A stretch of DNA of 41,875 nt, taken from positions 1-41,875 of the forward strand of contig DATKLB010000195.1 of the NCBI GenBank assembly GCA_035542615.1, given 5' to 3'. The translations under genes and the position numbers were made by a program. This document shows, one piece after another, positions 25,343-33,787 of this stretch. Every line of letters begins with the position of its first letter. The stretch's first letter is position 1. The notes below the pieces were generated by a model that did not search any database, was not told the origin of the DNA, and saw only the letters and a list, made by a program, of their open reading frames with translations. This DNA is from Spirochaetia bacterium. Its GTDB lineage: Bacteria > Spirochaetota > Spirochaetia > SZUA-6 > Fen-1364.

Positions 25343-25978
25343 TCACGTATCCAGCAGGCTCACGCCCTCCTTCGGCGCTACGAGGATCTCTTCCTTGCCG
25401 CGCGCCGAGTACACGACGACCTCCCGCTTCAGGAGTTGGGCCAGGATGGCCTGGACCTCCTTCTCGCTCATCCCGAGATGCTCGGCCGCCCAGGAAGTGA
25501 ACTCCGCGACAGAGACCCGGGACCCTTTGAAGGTCGTCACGCCATGTTCCTGGGCGTACTGCAGCAGGCCAGTCCACAGCTGGTTCTGCCGGTTGGTCGA
25601 CATGAGGTTCTGGATGATGGCGTTTGCCCGGCGAATGCGCTCCGACAGCACCCGGTTCATCTTGCGGGCGAAGTCGGGGTTCGACCCCATGGTCGACTCG
25701 TAGAGCTTCTCGTTGAGCACGAGGAGGCGCGTCGGTTTGACGGCGACCGCCGTCGCAGAGCGCGGCATTTTCTCGATGATCGCCATCTCGCCGAACATGT
25801 CCCCTTTTTTCAGCACCGTCAGCGTCTTGTTCGAGGAAGGCCCGGTCGCCTTTCGGATCTCCACCTCCCCTTCCACGATGACGAACATCTCGTTTCCCAC
25901 CTCGTTTTCGCGGAAGATCACATCCTCCGCGTTGAAGAAGCGCAGATGTCTTTCAAAAGTGCTCTTGTCGATTTTCAT
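25343..25978 (-). CDS. Cyclic-nucleotide-binding domain protein (Crp/Fnr-like regulator)
   Basis: The cNMP-binding fold reads VIFRENEVGNEMFVIVEGEVEI...GDMFGEMAIIEKMPRSATAVA. A C-terminal helical, winged-helix-like region follows. It starts 2 nt after the aroB stop. Confidence 0.8.
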   Translation of the reverse strand: MKIDKSTFERHLRFFNAEDVIFRENEVGNEMFVIVEGEVEIRKATGPSSNKTLTVLKKGDMFGEMAIIEKMPRSATAVAVKPTRLLVLNEKLYESTMGSNPDFARKMNRVLSERIRRANAIIQNLMSTNRQNQLWTGLLQYAQEHGVTTFKGSRVSVAEFTSWAAEHLGMSEKEVQAILAQLLKREVVVYSARGKEEILVAPKEGVSLLDT

Positions 25979-25980
25979 GG

Positions 25981-26997
25981 CTACATCTGACCCTCTTGCA
26001 GCGCCGCGGAAAGATCCTCATCCGATACTTCCCGCAGCACGACATCGCAGAGACCGCGGGGGATGACGATTCGTACCCGTCCCTGACGCTTCTTCTTGTC
26101 CCGCGCAAATGCCGGCGCTAGCTCGCCGTATCCGGTCCCCGCCGAAAGCCGAAATCCGTAGAGCCGAAGAAGCGATTCAACCCTCTCGCGAAATCCGCTG
26201 CCGGTCAATCCGAGGCGGGTCCCCGCGGCGAGCGCCCGCCCCATTCCCCAGGCTACAGCCTCGCCGTGGGTCCAGCCGGTAAACCGTGTCGCGCTCTCCA
26301 GCGCATGCCCGAAGGTATGCCCGAGGTTCAGCACGGCCCTGCGGCCCGTCTCCCGGGGGTCCTCATGCACGATCGCTCCTTTGACCGCAAGGCTCCGCCT
26401 GACGACTTCTTCGACGGTTCCCGGCTCGCGGGCCAGGACGCTTCGCGCCGACGCCTCGAGGAGGAAAAACAGATCGGGGTCTCCGATGATCGCCGCTTTT
26501 ATCACCTCGGCGAGCCCGGACCTGTACTCGCGCTCGGGAAGGGTCTTCAGGAAGGATACATCGATGCAGATGCGCCGGGCCGGATAGAAGGTCCCGACGA
26601 GGTTCTTGTAGCCCAGGAAATCGATGCCGGTCTTGCCGCCCAGGGAGGCGTCCACCATTGCAAGAAGGGTCGTCGGCACGAGAGCGAGGCTGCAGCCTCT
26701 CATGTAGAGTGAAGCGGCGAAGGATGCCACGTCGCACACCACGCCGCCGCCCACCCCGACAAACGCGTCATCGCGGCCCAGCCCCAGTGTTGCGCCGCGT
26801 TCGAGCACCGACTCCACGCTTCGCCAGGACTTCGCTTTTTCTCCTGCCGGGATTGCGACCCACGGCTCGACACCGGACCCGAACAGCGCCCGTGTCGTCT
26901 CGTCGTAGACATGGAGAGCGCGCAGGGATTCCTCGGGGGCTGAAAACACGACCTCCGTCCGAGTGCCCCCGATGTCGAAGGCCAGGGCGTCGCTCAT
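25981..26997 (-). CDS. aroB: 3-dehydroquinate synthase
   Basis: ORF trimmed to ATG 26997, which overlaps the aroA TGA (ATGA). Motifs seen: GVGGGVVCDVASFAASLYMRG, PTTLLAMVDASLGGKTG, NLGHTFGHALE and HGEAVAWGM. Confidence 0.9.
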   Translation of the reverse strand: MSDALAFDIGGTRTEVVFSAPEESLRALHVYDETTRALFGSGVEPWVAIPAGEKAKSWRSVESVLERGATLGLGRDDAFVGVGGGVVCDVASFAASLYMRGCSLALVPTTLLAMVDASLGGKTGIDFLGYKNLVGTFYPARRICIDVSFLKTLPEREYRSGLAEVIKAAIIGDPDLFFLLEASARSVLAREPGTVEEVVRRSLAVKGAIVHEDPRETGRRAVLNLGHTFGHALESATRFTGWTHGEAVAWGMGRALAAGTRLGLTGSGFRERVESLLRLYGFRLSAGTGYGELAPAFARDKKKRQGRVRIVIPRGLCDVVLREVSDEDLSAALQEGQM

Positions 26998-28289
26998 GCG
27001 ACCTGTCCACCAAGGGCGATGAAGTCGCGGACAAAATCCGGATACGAAACGGCCGCGCACTCAAATCCCTGCACGCGCACGCCGCCCCGGATTCCGGACG
27101 CCGCCACCGCGGCTGCCATCGCGATGCGGTGATCGCCTCCCGGGTCGATAGTGCCGGGACGCAATTCCTGCGGTCCCTCCACCGCAAAGCCGTCTTCGAA
27201 TACTTCGACTTTGCCTCCCAACCCCTCGACCAGGCTCGATATCATCATGAGCCGATCGCTCTCCTTGAAGCGCAGCTCCTCGGCTCCGCGCACCTCCACG
27301 ACCCCATGACAGAACAGCCCGAGGACCGCGAGAAGGGGAATCTCGTCGATGAGCTCCGGCACTTCCTCCACGCCGATCTTCGCTCCCGTGAGCTCCCCTG
27401 CCGACACCCGCAGGGTTCCCACCGGCTCGCCGAGGGAGACCCGCTCCTCGCGGCTTTCCACTCGTGCTCCCATTCTGGTGACGACATTGAGAAAGCCCAT
27501 CCGCGAAGGATTCAGCCCGCAGCCGCGCACGAGCATGTCGCGGCCGGAAATCAGGGAGGCAGCGACGAAAAACGCGCAGGAGGATATGTCCCCCGGTATC
27601 ACGATCTCGAACGCCGGGAGAGACCGCGGCGGGGAAACGACCAGTTCCTCCCCCTGTCGTTCGAGAACGACGCCCAGGGCCGCGAGCATCCGTTCCGTGT
27701 GATCTCGCGAGCTCGTCCTTCCGCTGAATCGCGAGGTCCCCCCGGCGCGAAGCGCGGCCAGCAGCAGGCAGCTTTTCACCTGCGCGCTGGGCACCGGAAG
27801 CGAAAACTCCAGCGGCGCTAGATCCCCCGATCCGGGCAGAAAGCACAGGGGCGCGAACTTTCCTCCATCTCTGCCTTCGATCCTGGCCCCCATCAGGCGC
27901 AGGGGCTGGACCACGCGGCCCATGGGCCTGCCGAGCAGCGACCGATCTCCCGTGAGCACCGCAAAAATCGGGAGGCCGGCCATCAGACCCGACAGCAAGC
28001 GGGTCGTCGTGCCGGAGTTTTCCGCGTCCAGCGGTCGATCCGGCTCGCGGAAGCCGCGCAGGCCGGCTCCACGGACAACGAGCCGATGGTCGGTCTCCTC
28101 GATCGACGATCCAAGGTCCTCCAGGCATTTCCGCGTGGACACGCAGTCTCCTGTTGCCAGAGCGTTCGTGATGCTGCTTTTTCCTGAGCTGATGGCCGCA
28201 AGCATCAGCGCGCGATGCGTGATCGACTTGTCGGGCGGAGGCGTGTATTCACCCCCTGTTCCGCGCGGAGCGCGGAAGGTCGGGTTCAT
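26994..28289 (-). CDS. aroA: 3-phosphoshikimate 1-carboxyvinyltransferase (EPSP synthase)
   Basis: Motifs seen: PPDKSITHRALMLAA, LDAENSGTTTRLLSG, LTGDRSLLGRPM, SAQVKSCLLLAAL, RDHTERML, KESDRL and GDHRIAMA. Confidence 0.93.
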   Translation of the reverse strand: MNPTFRAPRGTGGEYTPPPDKSITHRALMLAAISSGKSSITNALATGDCVSTRKCLEDLGSSIEETDHRLVVRGAGLRGFREPDRPLDAENSGTTTRLLSGLMAGLPIFAVLTGDRSLLGRPMGRVVQPLRLMGARIEGRDGGKFAPLCFLPGSGDLAPLEFSLPVPSAQVKSCLLLAALRAGGTSRFSGRTSSRDHTERMLAALGVVLERQGEELVVSPPRSLPAFEIVIPGDISSCAFFVAASLISGRDMLVRGCGLNPSRMGFLNVVTRMGARVESREERVSLGEPVGTLRVSAGELTGAKIGVEEVPELIDEIPLLAVLGLFCHGVVEVRGAEELRFKESDRLMMISSLVEGLGGKVEVFEDGFAVEGPQELRPGTIDPGGDHRIAMAAAVAASGIRGGVRVQGFECAAVSYPDFVRDFIALGGQVA

Positions 28290-28297
28290 GGATCGAG

Positions 28298-28325
28298 AGT
28301 ATGCGATGAGTTATATTCATGTCAA
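28298..28325 (-). promoter_or_regulatory. Promoter TTGACA-16-CATACT placing the predicted TSS at or next to the aroA ATG
   Basis: The minus strand reads TTGACA (28325-28320), tgaatataactcatcg (16 nt), CATACT (28303-28298), ctcgatcc, then ATG (28289). The -35 overlaps ATG 28319 of the divergent PHP gene. Confidence 0.5.
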
Positions 28326-29230
28326 ATGATTCGATTCGCACGCGACGCGGGCCTTGCTCCGTGATCGATCTTCACACGCACTCGACGGCCTCGGACGGCG
28401 CGTGTTCGCCGGAGAAGCTCGTCGAGCTGGCCCTCGGAGCCGGGATTTCCGTGCTGGCTCTCACCGACCACGACACGCTGGACGGCATCGAGCGCGGGCG
28501 AGCGCGGAGCGCCGGAACAGGTCTGCGATTCATCGCCGGAGTCGAGATAGAGATCGACGGGGCCCGGGCGCTCGGGTCGCGGCCGGGATCCGCGGGAGAG
28601 TTTCACCTCCTCGGCCTCGGGCTTTCCGATCGCCGGGAGGACCTCGAGTCCGCGCTCGGACGGCTGCGCGAGGAGCGCCATGCGCGCAACCTGCGCATGG
28701 TGGAGAAGCTGAATCGAGGCGGCATTCCCGTCACCATGGAAGAGCTCAACGGGATCGCCGGCGGTAGCGTCGTGAGCCGCGCGCATTTTGCCAGGCTGTT
28801 CATGCACAAGAGGATCGTCAGCTCGATGGACACGGCGTTCTCGCGCCTCATCGGCAAAGGCCAGCCCTATTACGAGCCCCGCGCGGGCCTTGCCGTGGCG
28901 GAAGCGACACGGCTGATCCACGCGGCAGGGGGAATGGCGGTGATTGCCCATCCGATTTCTCTGGGGTTGCGCGGCCCCGCCCTTCGGCAGTTTCTCGGCG
29001 ATTGCAGGGACCAGGGAGTCGACGGCCTGGAGGCGTGGCACCCCAACCATCCTCTGAAGGAATGCCGGCGGTTCCAGAGCCTGGCATCCAGCCTGGGTCT
29101 GCTCGTCACGGGCGGGTCGGACTTCCACGGAGAGCACATGCCGCAGAGAAAGCTCGGGTACGCTTCGGCCGGGCTTGCGATTCCTGATGCCCTTCTCGAT
29201 TCTCTTCCGTTGCGCCTTCAGCCGTGCTGA
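28319..29230 (+). CDS. PHP-domain phosphoesterase (TrpH/YciV family)
   Basis: Motifs seen: VIDLHTHSTASDG, LALTDHDT, AHPISLG and GGSDFHG. The start is uncertain; GTG 28361 (VIDLHTHS) is an alternative. Confidence 0.82.
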   Translation: MSNDSIRTRRGPCSVIDLHTHSTASDGACSPEKLVELALGAGISVLALTDHDTLDGIERGRARSAGTGLRFIAGVEIEIDGARALGSRPGSAGEFHLLGLGLSDRREDLESALGRLREERHARNLRMVEKLNRGGIPVTMEELNGIAGGSVVSRAHFARLFMHKRIVSSMDTAFSRLIGKGQPYYEPRAGLAVAEATRLIHAAGGMAVIAHPISLGLRGPALRQFLGDCRDQGVDGLEAWHPNHPLKECRRFQSLASSLGLLVTGGSDFHGEHMPQRKLGYASAGLAIPDALLDSLPLRLQPC

Positions 29231-29787
29231 ACTATACTCGCGGCCGTGGTTGGCGCTCCGGGCAGATCCGACAAGGTGAAGGGATACCGACAGGCCCCCG
29301 ATCCGACGGGTGCGCAGTGAACGAGGGGCTCAGGTCGCTGCTGCGCGCCTGGAGAAGCGGCGCGCGGAATGCCGGCTTCTTTGTTCTCCTTGTCGCCGGG
29401 AGTGCCGCGGCCGGAATCGCGATCGCCTGGCCGCTGTGGTACTTTGCCACCACTGCCCGGGGCCCCTATACCGCATGTGTCCTCGGCCTTGCTGCCGCGG
29501 GAGTGGTTTTTCTCTCGATTCGGGCCCTCGTGCGCTCCCGGAAAGCTTCGCCGGACACGCCGGGTCCACGCCGCTCTGCCCTCACGTGGCTCCTCGCCAT
29601 CCTCCAGGCCGTCGTGTTCCTGGGCGGGCTCTACCTCGCCGCGGTCCTCCTCTCTCACGGGATCTGGCTTTTTGCCATCCCACTCCTCCTGATCTGGCTT
29701 GGTTTGCTTGTGCTCCTGGGACTCGCACGGCGCGCGGCAAAAGCGTGGAGACCTGGCGGGATCGTGCCGAGAATCAAGAAAGAGTGA
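29224..29787 (+). CDS. Small membrane protein, unknown function
   Basis: Four hydrophobic helices are visible (FFVLLVAGSAAAGIAIAW; ACVLGLAAAGVVFLSI; WLLAILQAVVFLGGLYLAAVLL; WLFAIPLLLIWLGLLVLLGL). GTG 29224 overlaps the PHP stop; GTG 29317 is an alternative start. Confidence 0.55.
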   Translation: MLNYTRGRGWRSGQIRQGEGIPTGPRSDGCAVNEGLRSLLRAWRSGARNAGFFVLLVAGSAAAGIAIAWPLWYFATTARGPYTACVLGLAAAGVVFLSIRALVRSRKASPDTPGPRRSALTWLLAILQAVVFLGGLYLAAVLLSHGIWLFAIPLLLIWLGLLVLLGLARRAAKAWRPGGIVPRIKKE

Positions 29788-30701
29788 ACCGAAGAATCCA
29801 GACTTCTCTGCTCTTCTTCCTGTTCCTTGCAGCGGCGCACGCCCCAGCGGACAACTATCCCCTGATTCATGTCTTGAGCTCGGACGACCCCCTGTTCGTC
29901 CAGCACCAGACCGAGCTGGAGCACTTTTACCGCACCTCGGAGGCCCGGGAGCCTGGCGTCCTGCCCCCGCTCAGCATTTTTGAATACCAGACGCGCAGAG
30001 GTGAGGACCTTTTCTCGCTCAACGCGCGCCTGGGCCTCCCCTATGACACGCTGGCGACCTTGAACGCCGCTTCCAGCAGGGAAGCGTTCGACTCCCGCCG
30101 CCGGATCCTCATAGCGAACCAGGCCGGGCTGTTCGTCGACGATCCGCCCCGTTCAGCGCTCGAGGACATGATTCTTTCGACCCGGCTCGGGGACGGAAAG
30201 AAACCTCTGAAGCTCCGTGTTTTCCGCGGAGAAAAATCTTCACCCGTGCTGTATTTCCCCGGCGAGCAGTTCACTTCCATGGAGCGCCTGTACTTTCTCG
30301 GTGTCTTGTTCGAGTTCCCCATTCCCCGGGGGAGGGTCACGTCCCTCTTCGGGATACGACATGATCCGTTTACCGGAAGACCGGAGTTCCATACAGGGAT
30401 AGACATCGGAGCCCCCAGCGGAACCGCGGTCCACGCCGCAAGGGACGGCGAGGTCACGGGAATTGGAAGCGACGACGTGCTGGGGAATTACGTCGTCATC
30501 GACCACCCGGGGGGATATCAGACGGTCTATGGACACCTTTCTGTAATTGGTGTTACTATGAATGTGAGGGTAAACGCGGGAGACGTGATCGGCGCTGTCG
30601 GCGAAAGCGGCCGCGCGACCGGACCTCACCTGCACTTCGAGGTGAGAAGAAAAGGAAACGCAACTGATCCTTTTCCGCTGCTTGCCGTGAGAAAGGGCTA
30701 A
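29784..30701 (+). CDS. M23-family peptidoglycan endopeptidase with a LysM-like domain
   Basis: GTG 29784 overlaps the upstream TGA (GTGA). The signal peptide is LLFFLFLAAAHA and the LysM-like segment is YQTRRGEDLFSLNARLGLPYDTLATLN. The M23 motifs are HTGIDIGAPSGTAVHAARDG and GPHLHFEV. Confidence 0.88.
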   Translation: MNRRIQTSLLFFLFLAAAHAPADNYPLIHVLSSDDPLFVQHQTELEHFYRTSEAREPGVLPPLSIFEYQTRRGEDLFSLNARLGLPYDTLATLNAASSREAFDSRRRILIANQAGLFVDDPPRSALEDMILSTRLGDGKKPLKLRVFRGEKSSPVLYFPGEQFTSMERLYFLGVLFEFPIPRGRVTSLFGIRHDPFTGRPEFHTGIDIGAPSGTAVHAARDGEVTGIGSDDVLGNYVVIDHPGGYQTVYGHLSVIGVTMNVRVNAGDVIGAVGESGRATGPHLHFEVRRKGNATDPFPLLAVRKG

Positions 30702-30731
30702 AGTTTCCGGAGGTCGAAAGACGATAATAAA

Positions 30732-30829
30732 GGTGTTGGTGTCCAAGATATAGTTCCCCTCCCAGTTTACTATATTGGAAGACACCACACCAGGCAGGCC
30801 GGCTCCTTCGGGGGTCGGCCTCTTTTTTT
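30732..30829 (+). ncRNA. Candidate small RNA (or 3'-UTR-derived RNA): a long bipartite hairpin with a C-rich loop, plus its terminator
   Basis: The outer stem is GGTGTTGGTGTC (30732-43) with GACACCACACC (30781-91). The inner stem is ATATAGT (30748-54) with ACTATAT (30769-75). The loop is TCCCCTCCCAGTTT (30755-68). It lies in the lowest-GC patch of the window. A -10-like GATAAT (30723-28) ends 3 nt before the stem base (predicted TSS ~30735, at the base of the stem), but no good -35 is present. Confidence 0.45.
30796..30829 (+). terminator. Rho-independent terminator (11-bp stem, UUCG loop, U7)
   Basis: AGGCCGGCTCC, ttcg, GGGGTCGGCCT, then CTTTTTTTG. The stem has two G-U pairs. It lies downstream of the M23 gene and the hairpin RNA. 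Confidence 0.85.
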
Positions 30830-30889
30830 GCACCGGGCTGACTCTCTCTCCGCTCTGACCGTCGCGCCGACCGCGCCGACCCGGCTCCG

Positions 30890-30918
30890 TTGACAAAGGA
30901 TTCCGTGGTTCTTATTCT
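30890..30918 (+). promoter_or_regulatory. Promoter TTGACA-17-TATTCT for PBP1A
   Basis: TTGACA 30890-95, a 17-nt spacer, then TATTCT 30913-18. An in-frame GTG sits 7 nt downstream at 30925. The tandem repeat CGCGCCGAC x2 lies just upstream (30863-80). Confidence 0.6.
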
Positions 30919-30924
30919 TTTCCC

Positions 30925-33399
30925 GTGCGTCAAATTCCCCGCAGAAGGTCTCTCTTCGAGATGCTGCTGGTTGCGGCTTTTGCTGTTGCTCTGCTGCTCG
31001 GAATTGCGCTCGGTCTGGGGCTCGCCGCCACCAGGAACATTTCCCTGAAGGAGCAGTTTGGAGACCACAAGCCGGCGCTCCCCACGAGGATCGTGGATAT
31101 CCACGACCGGCTGATCACGGAGTTCTTCGGCGACCAGAACCGGGAGCTCGTCACCATGGACCAGATACCGCAGCATCTCGTCGACGCGCTCCTGACACGC
31201 GAGGATCGCAACTTTTTCTCCCATCACGGGTTCAGCCTGCGCGGGCTTTTTCGCGCGCTGTTCAACATCGTGACAGGCCAGTACGTCTCGGGAGCGAGCA
31301 CGCTGACGCAGCAGCTCGCGGGGCGCCTCTACGCGGACAGATCCGATATTTCCATCCGCAGAAAGCTCGTCGAGCTGTGGTGGGCAGTCCAGATGGAGCG
31401 CAGGTACACGAAGCAGGAGATACTCCTGATGTACCTGAACGAGATGCCCTTTGGACACAACACGCAGGGCGTGCAGGCGGCGAGCAAGTTTTTCTTCAAG
31501 CATCCCGTGCAGGAAGACACCCTTGCGGAATCCGTCATGCTGGTGATTCAGCTCGCAAAGCCCGGCCTCTACTCGCCCATCAGGAACCCGCAGCGGGCCC
31601 GCAAGCTGCAGCAGGAAATCCTCGAGCAGATGGCGAAGCTCGGCTATGTCACCCGCCAGGAAGCAGATTCCTCCTTCCGCGACTACTGGGCCAAGTACGA
31701 CTACACCCGACCCAATTCGACGGCGTACTTCGAAAGGGAGGACAAGGCCCCCTGGTTCAGCGAGTACATACGCAGCCAGCTGGAAGACATGCTGTACGGC
31801 TCGTATGACATCCTGACCGACGGGCTCGTCGTCCACACCACGCTGAACCTCGACGACCAGATGGCCGCAGAGCAGCGGATGAAGCAGGACATCGAGGACG
31901 TCAACACCCGCTATCTTGCTCTCGCGAGCAGCCGCATCAACTTTTCCAATGCCGAGTTTCTGCCCATGGTCGACATGCTCGGCCTGTCTTTCAACATCGA
32001 TGACCTGATGTACCGCAACAGGAGCGCCACGGGCAGCGCAAAGCGCCTGTACGCGAAGACCGTCAACCCCGTGGCGGAGCTGGTGACGTCGTTGTTTTCG
32101 ATGCAGAGACCGCAGGACGTTGTCACCGCCGGAAACGAGGCAGGCCTCAACGTCACGCGCCGGACGCAGGTCCAGGGCGCGCTCGTCAGCATCGATCCAA
32201 GCAATGGGTACATTCTGGCCATGGTCGGAGGCAAGGAGTTCGGGGTCGACCAGTTCAACAGGGCGGTCCAGGCCAGGGTGGAGCCAGGCTCCGCTTTCAA
32301 GCCGTTGTATTACTCCGCAGCCATCGATTCGCGCAAGTTCACTCCGGCCACAATGATCCTGGACGCTCCCGTTGCCTTCACGAATCCCGACGGGACGCTG
32401 TACGAGCCTCTGAACTACAAGGGAGAGTGGCACGGCCGGGTGCTCTTGCGGGACGCTCTGGCCGAGTCCATGAACGTTCCCTCCCTGAAGGTCCTCGACG
32501 GGATCGGCTTCGACGCGGCAATCCAGAGAGCCAGCCGCATGCTGGGGATCACGGATCCCGCTGACATCGAGAAGACCTTCCCCCGCTACTATCCCCTGGG
32601 CCTGGGCGTGATCACCGTGTCGCCCCTGCAGATGGCGCGGGCTTTCTCCGTTTTCGCCAACGGAGGCCGCGAAGTCGTTCCCGTTGCAATCCGCTACATC
32701 GAGGATCGCAACGGCAAGATCATCATGGAGCCGGCAAAGGAGGTCATGGCCCAGGAGGCGCGCAAGGGCGACGCTGCGCAGATCATGAGCCCGCAGACCG
32801 CCTATATCATGACGAGCATGCTCCAGAGCACCATCAAGGAAGGAACCCTCGGCGGGGTCGGGAACATGCTCGACATCTGGAACGACAAGGGACAACCCTT
32901 CGCCGCAAAGACCGGCACGACCCAGAACTGGTCCGATGCGTGGACGGTAGGGTTCTCCCCCTACATGACGACCGCGGTCTGGTACGGGTTCGACCAGGGC
33001 AACCGGTCCCTGGGCACGGAGCTGACCGGCGCCGCCATCGCTGGTCCGACATGGGCAAAGTACATGAAGGAAGTGCACAAGAACTTCGCAGTCAGGCAGT
33101 TCGACCGTCCCGAGACCGGGCTCGTGAGCGTGGAGGTCAGCGCAACCTCGGGCCTGCTGCCGACCGCCTACACAAAAAAGACGATCAAGGAGATTTTCCT
33201 CGCCGGCACGGAGCCAAAGGCGTTCGACGAGATCGACGAGTACAACGCCAACCGCGCGGAAACGATCGAGCAGAACCTGCGCAGGTCTCTCATCAACTCC
33301 AGCATCGGCTCCGCCGACAACGGCATTGCACCCATCGACGTGCCGTCCCCAGACACGGGCGCTCCGACGACGGGCAAAGGCAACCCCCTTCTCGACTGA
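30925..33399 (+). CDS. mrcA: Bifunctional class A penicillin-binding protein (PBP1A type)
   Basis: The GT51 motifs are EDRNFFSHHGF, GASTLTQQLA and RKLVELW. The transpeptidase motifs are SAFKP, SMN and KTGTT. An N-terminal TM is present. The start is either GTG 30925 (leaderless) or ATG 30961 (GAAGG 12 nt upstream). Confidence 0.92.
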   Translation: MRQIPRRRSLFEMLLVAAFAVALLLGIALGLGLAATRNISLKEQFGDHKPALPTRIVDIHDRLITEFFGDQNRELVTMDQIPQHLVDALLTREDRNFFSHHGFSLRGLFRALFNIVTGQYVSGASTLTQQLAGRLYADRSDISIRRKLVELWWAVQMERRYTKQEILLMYLNEMPFGHNTQGVQAASKFFFKHPVQEDTLAESVMLVIQLAKPGLYSPIRNPQRARKLQQEILEQMAKLGYVTRQEADSSFRDYWAKYDYTRPNSTAYFEREDKAPWFSEYIRSQLEDMLYGSYDILTDGLVVHTTLNLDDQMAAEQRMKQDIEDVNTRYLALASSRINFSNAEFLPMVDMLGLSFNIDDLMYRNRSATGSAKRLYAKTVNPVAELVTSLFSMQRPQDVVTAGNEAGLNVTRRTQVQGALVSIDPSNGYILAMVGGKEFGVDQFNRAVQARVEPGSAFKPLYYSAAIDSRKFTPATMILDAPVAFTNPDGTLYEPLNYKGEWHGRVLLRDALAESMNVPSLKVLDGIGFDAAIQRASRMLGITDPADIEKTFPRYYPLGLGVITVSPLQMARAFSVFANGGREVVPVAIRYIEDRNGKIIMEPAKEVMAQEARKGDAAQIMSPQTAYIMTSMLQSTIKEGTLGGVGNMLDIWNDKGQPFAAKTGTTQNWSDAWTVGFSPYMTTAVWYGFDQGNRSLGTELTGAAIAGPTWAKYMKEVHKNFAVRQFDRPETGLVSVEVSATSGLLPTAYTKKTIKEIFLAGTEPKAFDEIDEYNANRAETIEQNLRRSLINSSIGSADNGIAPIDVPSPDTGAPTTGKGNPLLD

Positions 33400-33400
33400 A

Positions 33401-33775
33401 ATGCGGCTGTATACGAAGGACCACGCGTGGGTGGTTGCGACGGGGTCCAGGGCGCGGATCGGCATCTCGGACTTCGCCCAGAAGGAGCTCGGCGAAATCG
33501 CGTACGTCGAGCTGCCGAAGAAAGGCACGCGTCTCCACCGCGGTGAAGTGGGGTGCACTGTCGATTCGATGAAGACCTCGAGCGAGATCTACAGCCCGGT
33601 GACGGGGACGGTCGTCGCGGTGAACGCCGCGGTTGCCACGGAGGAAAACTGCGGGCTCATCAACAGCGATCCCCTCGGCGACGGGTGGCTTTTCGAGCTG
33701 GACATGGAAGACAGGGCGGAGCTCGACTTGCTTCTGGGGGAGAAGGACTACCTCGCCTTCGTACAGGGCAACTGA
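33401..33775 (+). CDS. gcvH: Glycine-cleavage H-protein family lipoyl carrier
   Basis: MRLYTKDHAWVV...IGISDFAQKELGEIAYVELP...VDSMKTSSEIYSPVTGTVVAVN...DGWLFEL, with the lipoyl-Lys context S-M-K-T-S. The ATG is 1 nt after the PBP1A stop. No gcvT or gcvP is present in the window. Confidence 0.88.
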   Translation: MRLYTKDHAWVVATGSRARIGISDFAQKELGEIAYVELPKKGTRLHRGEVGCTVDSMKTSSEIYSPVTGTVVAVNAAVATEENCGLINSDPLGDGWLFELDMEDRAELDLLLGEKDYLAFVQGN

Positions 33776-33787
33776 AGCCTTGCCGCA

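Noticed and set aside
30702-30924. Considered a riboswitch (for example the c-di-AMP/ydaO type, common near cell-wall genes) controlling PBP1A.
   Set aside because: I recognise no conserved riboswitch core. A separate strong promoter (30890-30918) lies between the terminator and the PBP1A gene, so the hairpin-terminator unit is not in the PBP1A leader.
30556-33558. A 1000-aa ORF on the minus strand, antisense to PBP1A.
   Set aside because: The composition is Arg/Gly/Asp/His-rich and low in complexity, with no recognisable motif. The opposite strand carries every GT51 and transpeptidase signature. This is the typical stop-codon-poor antisense frame of a GC-rich gene.
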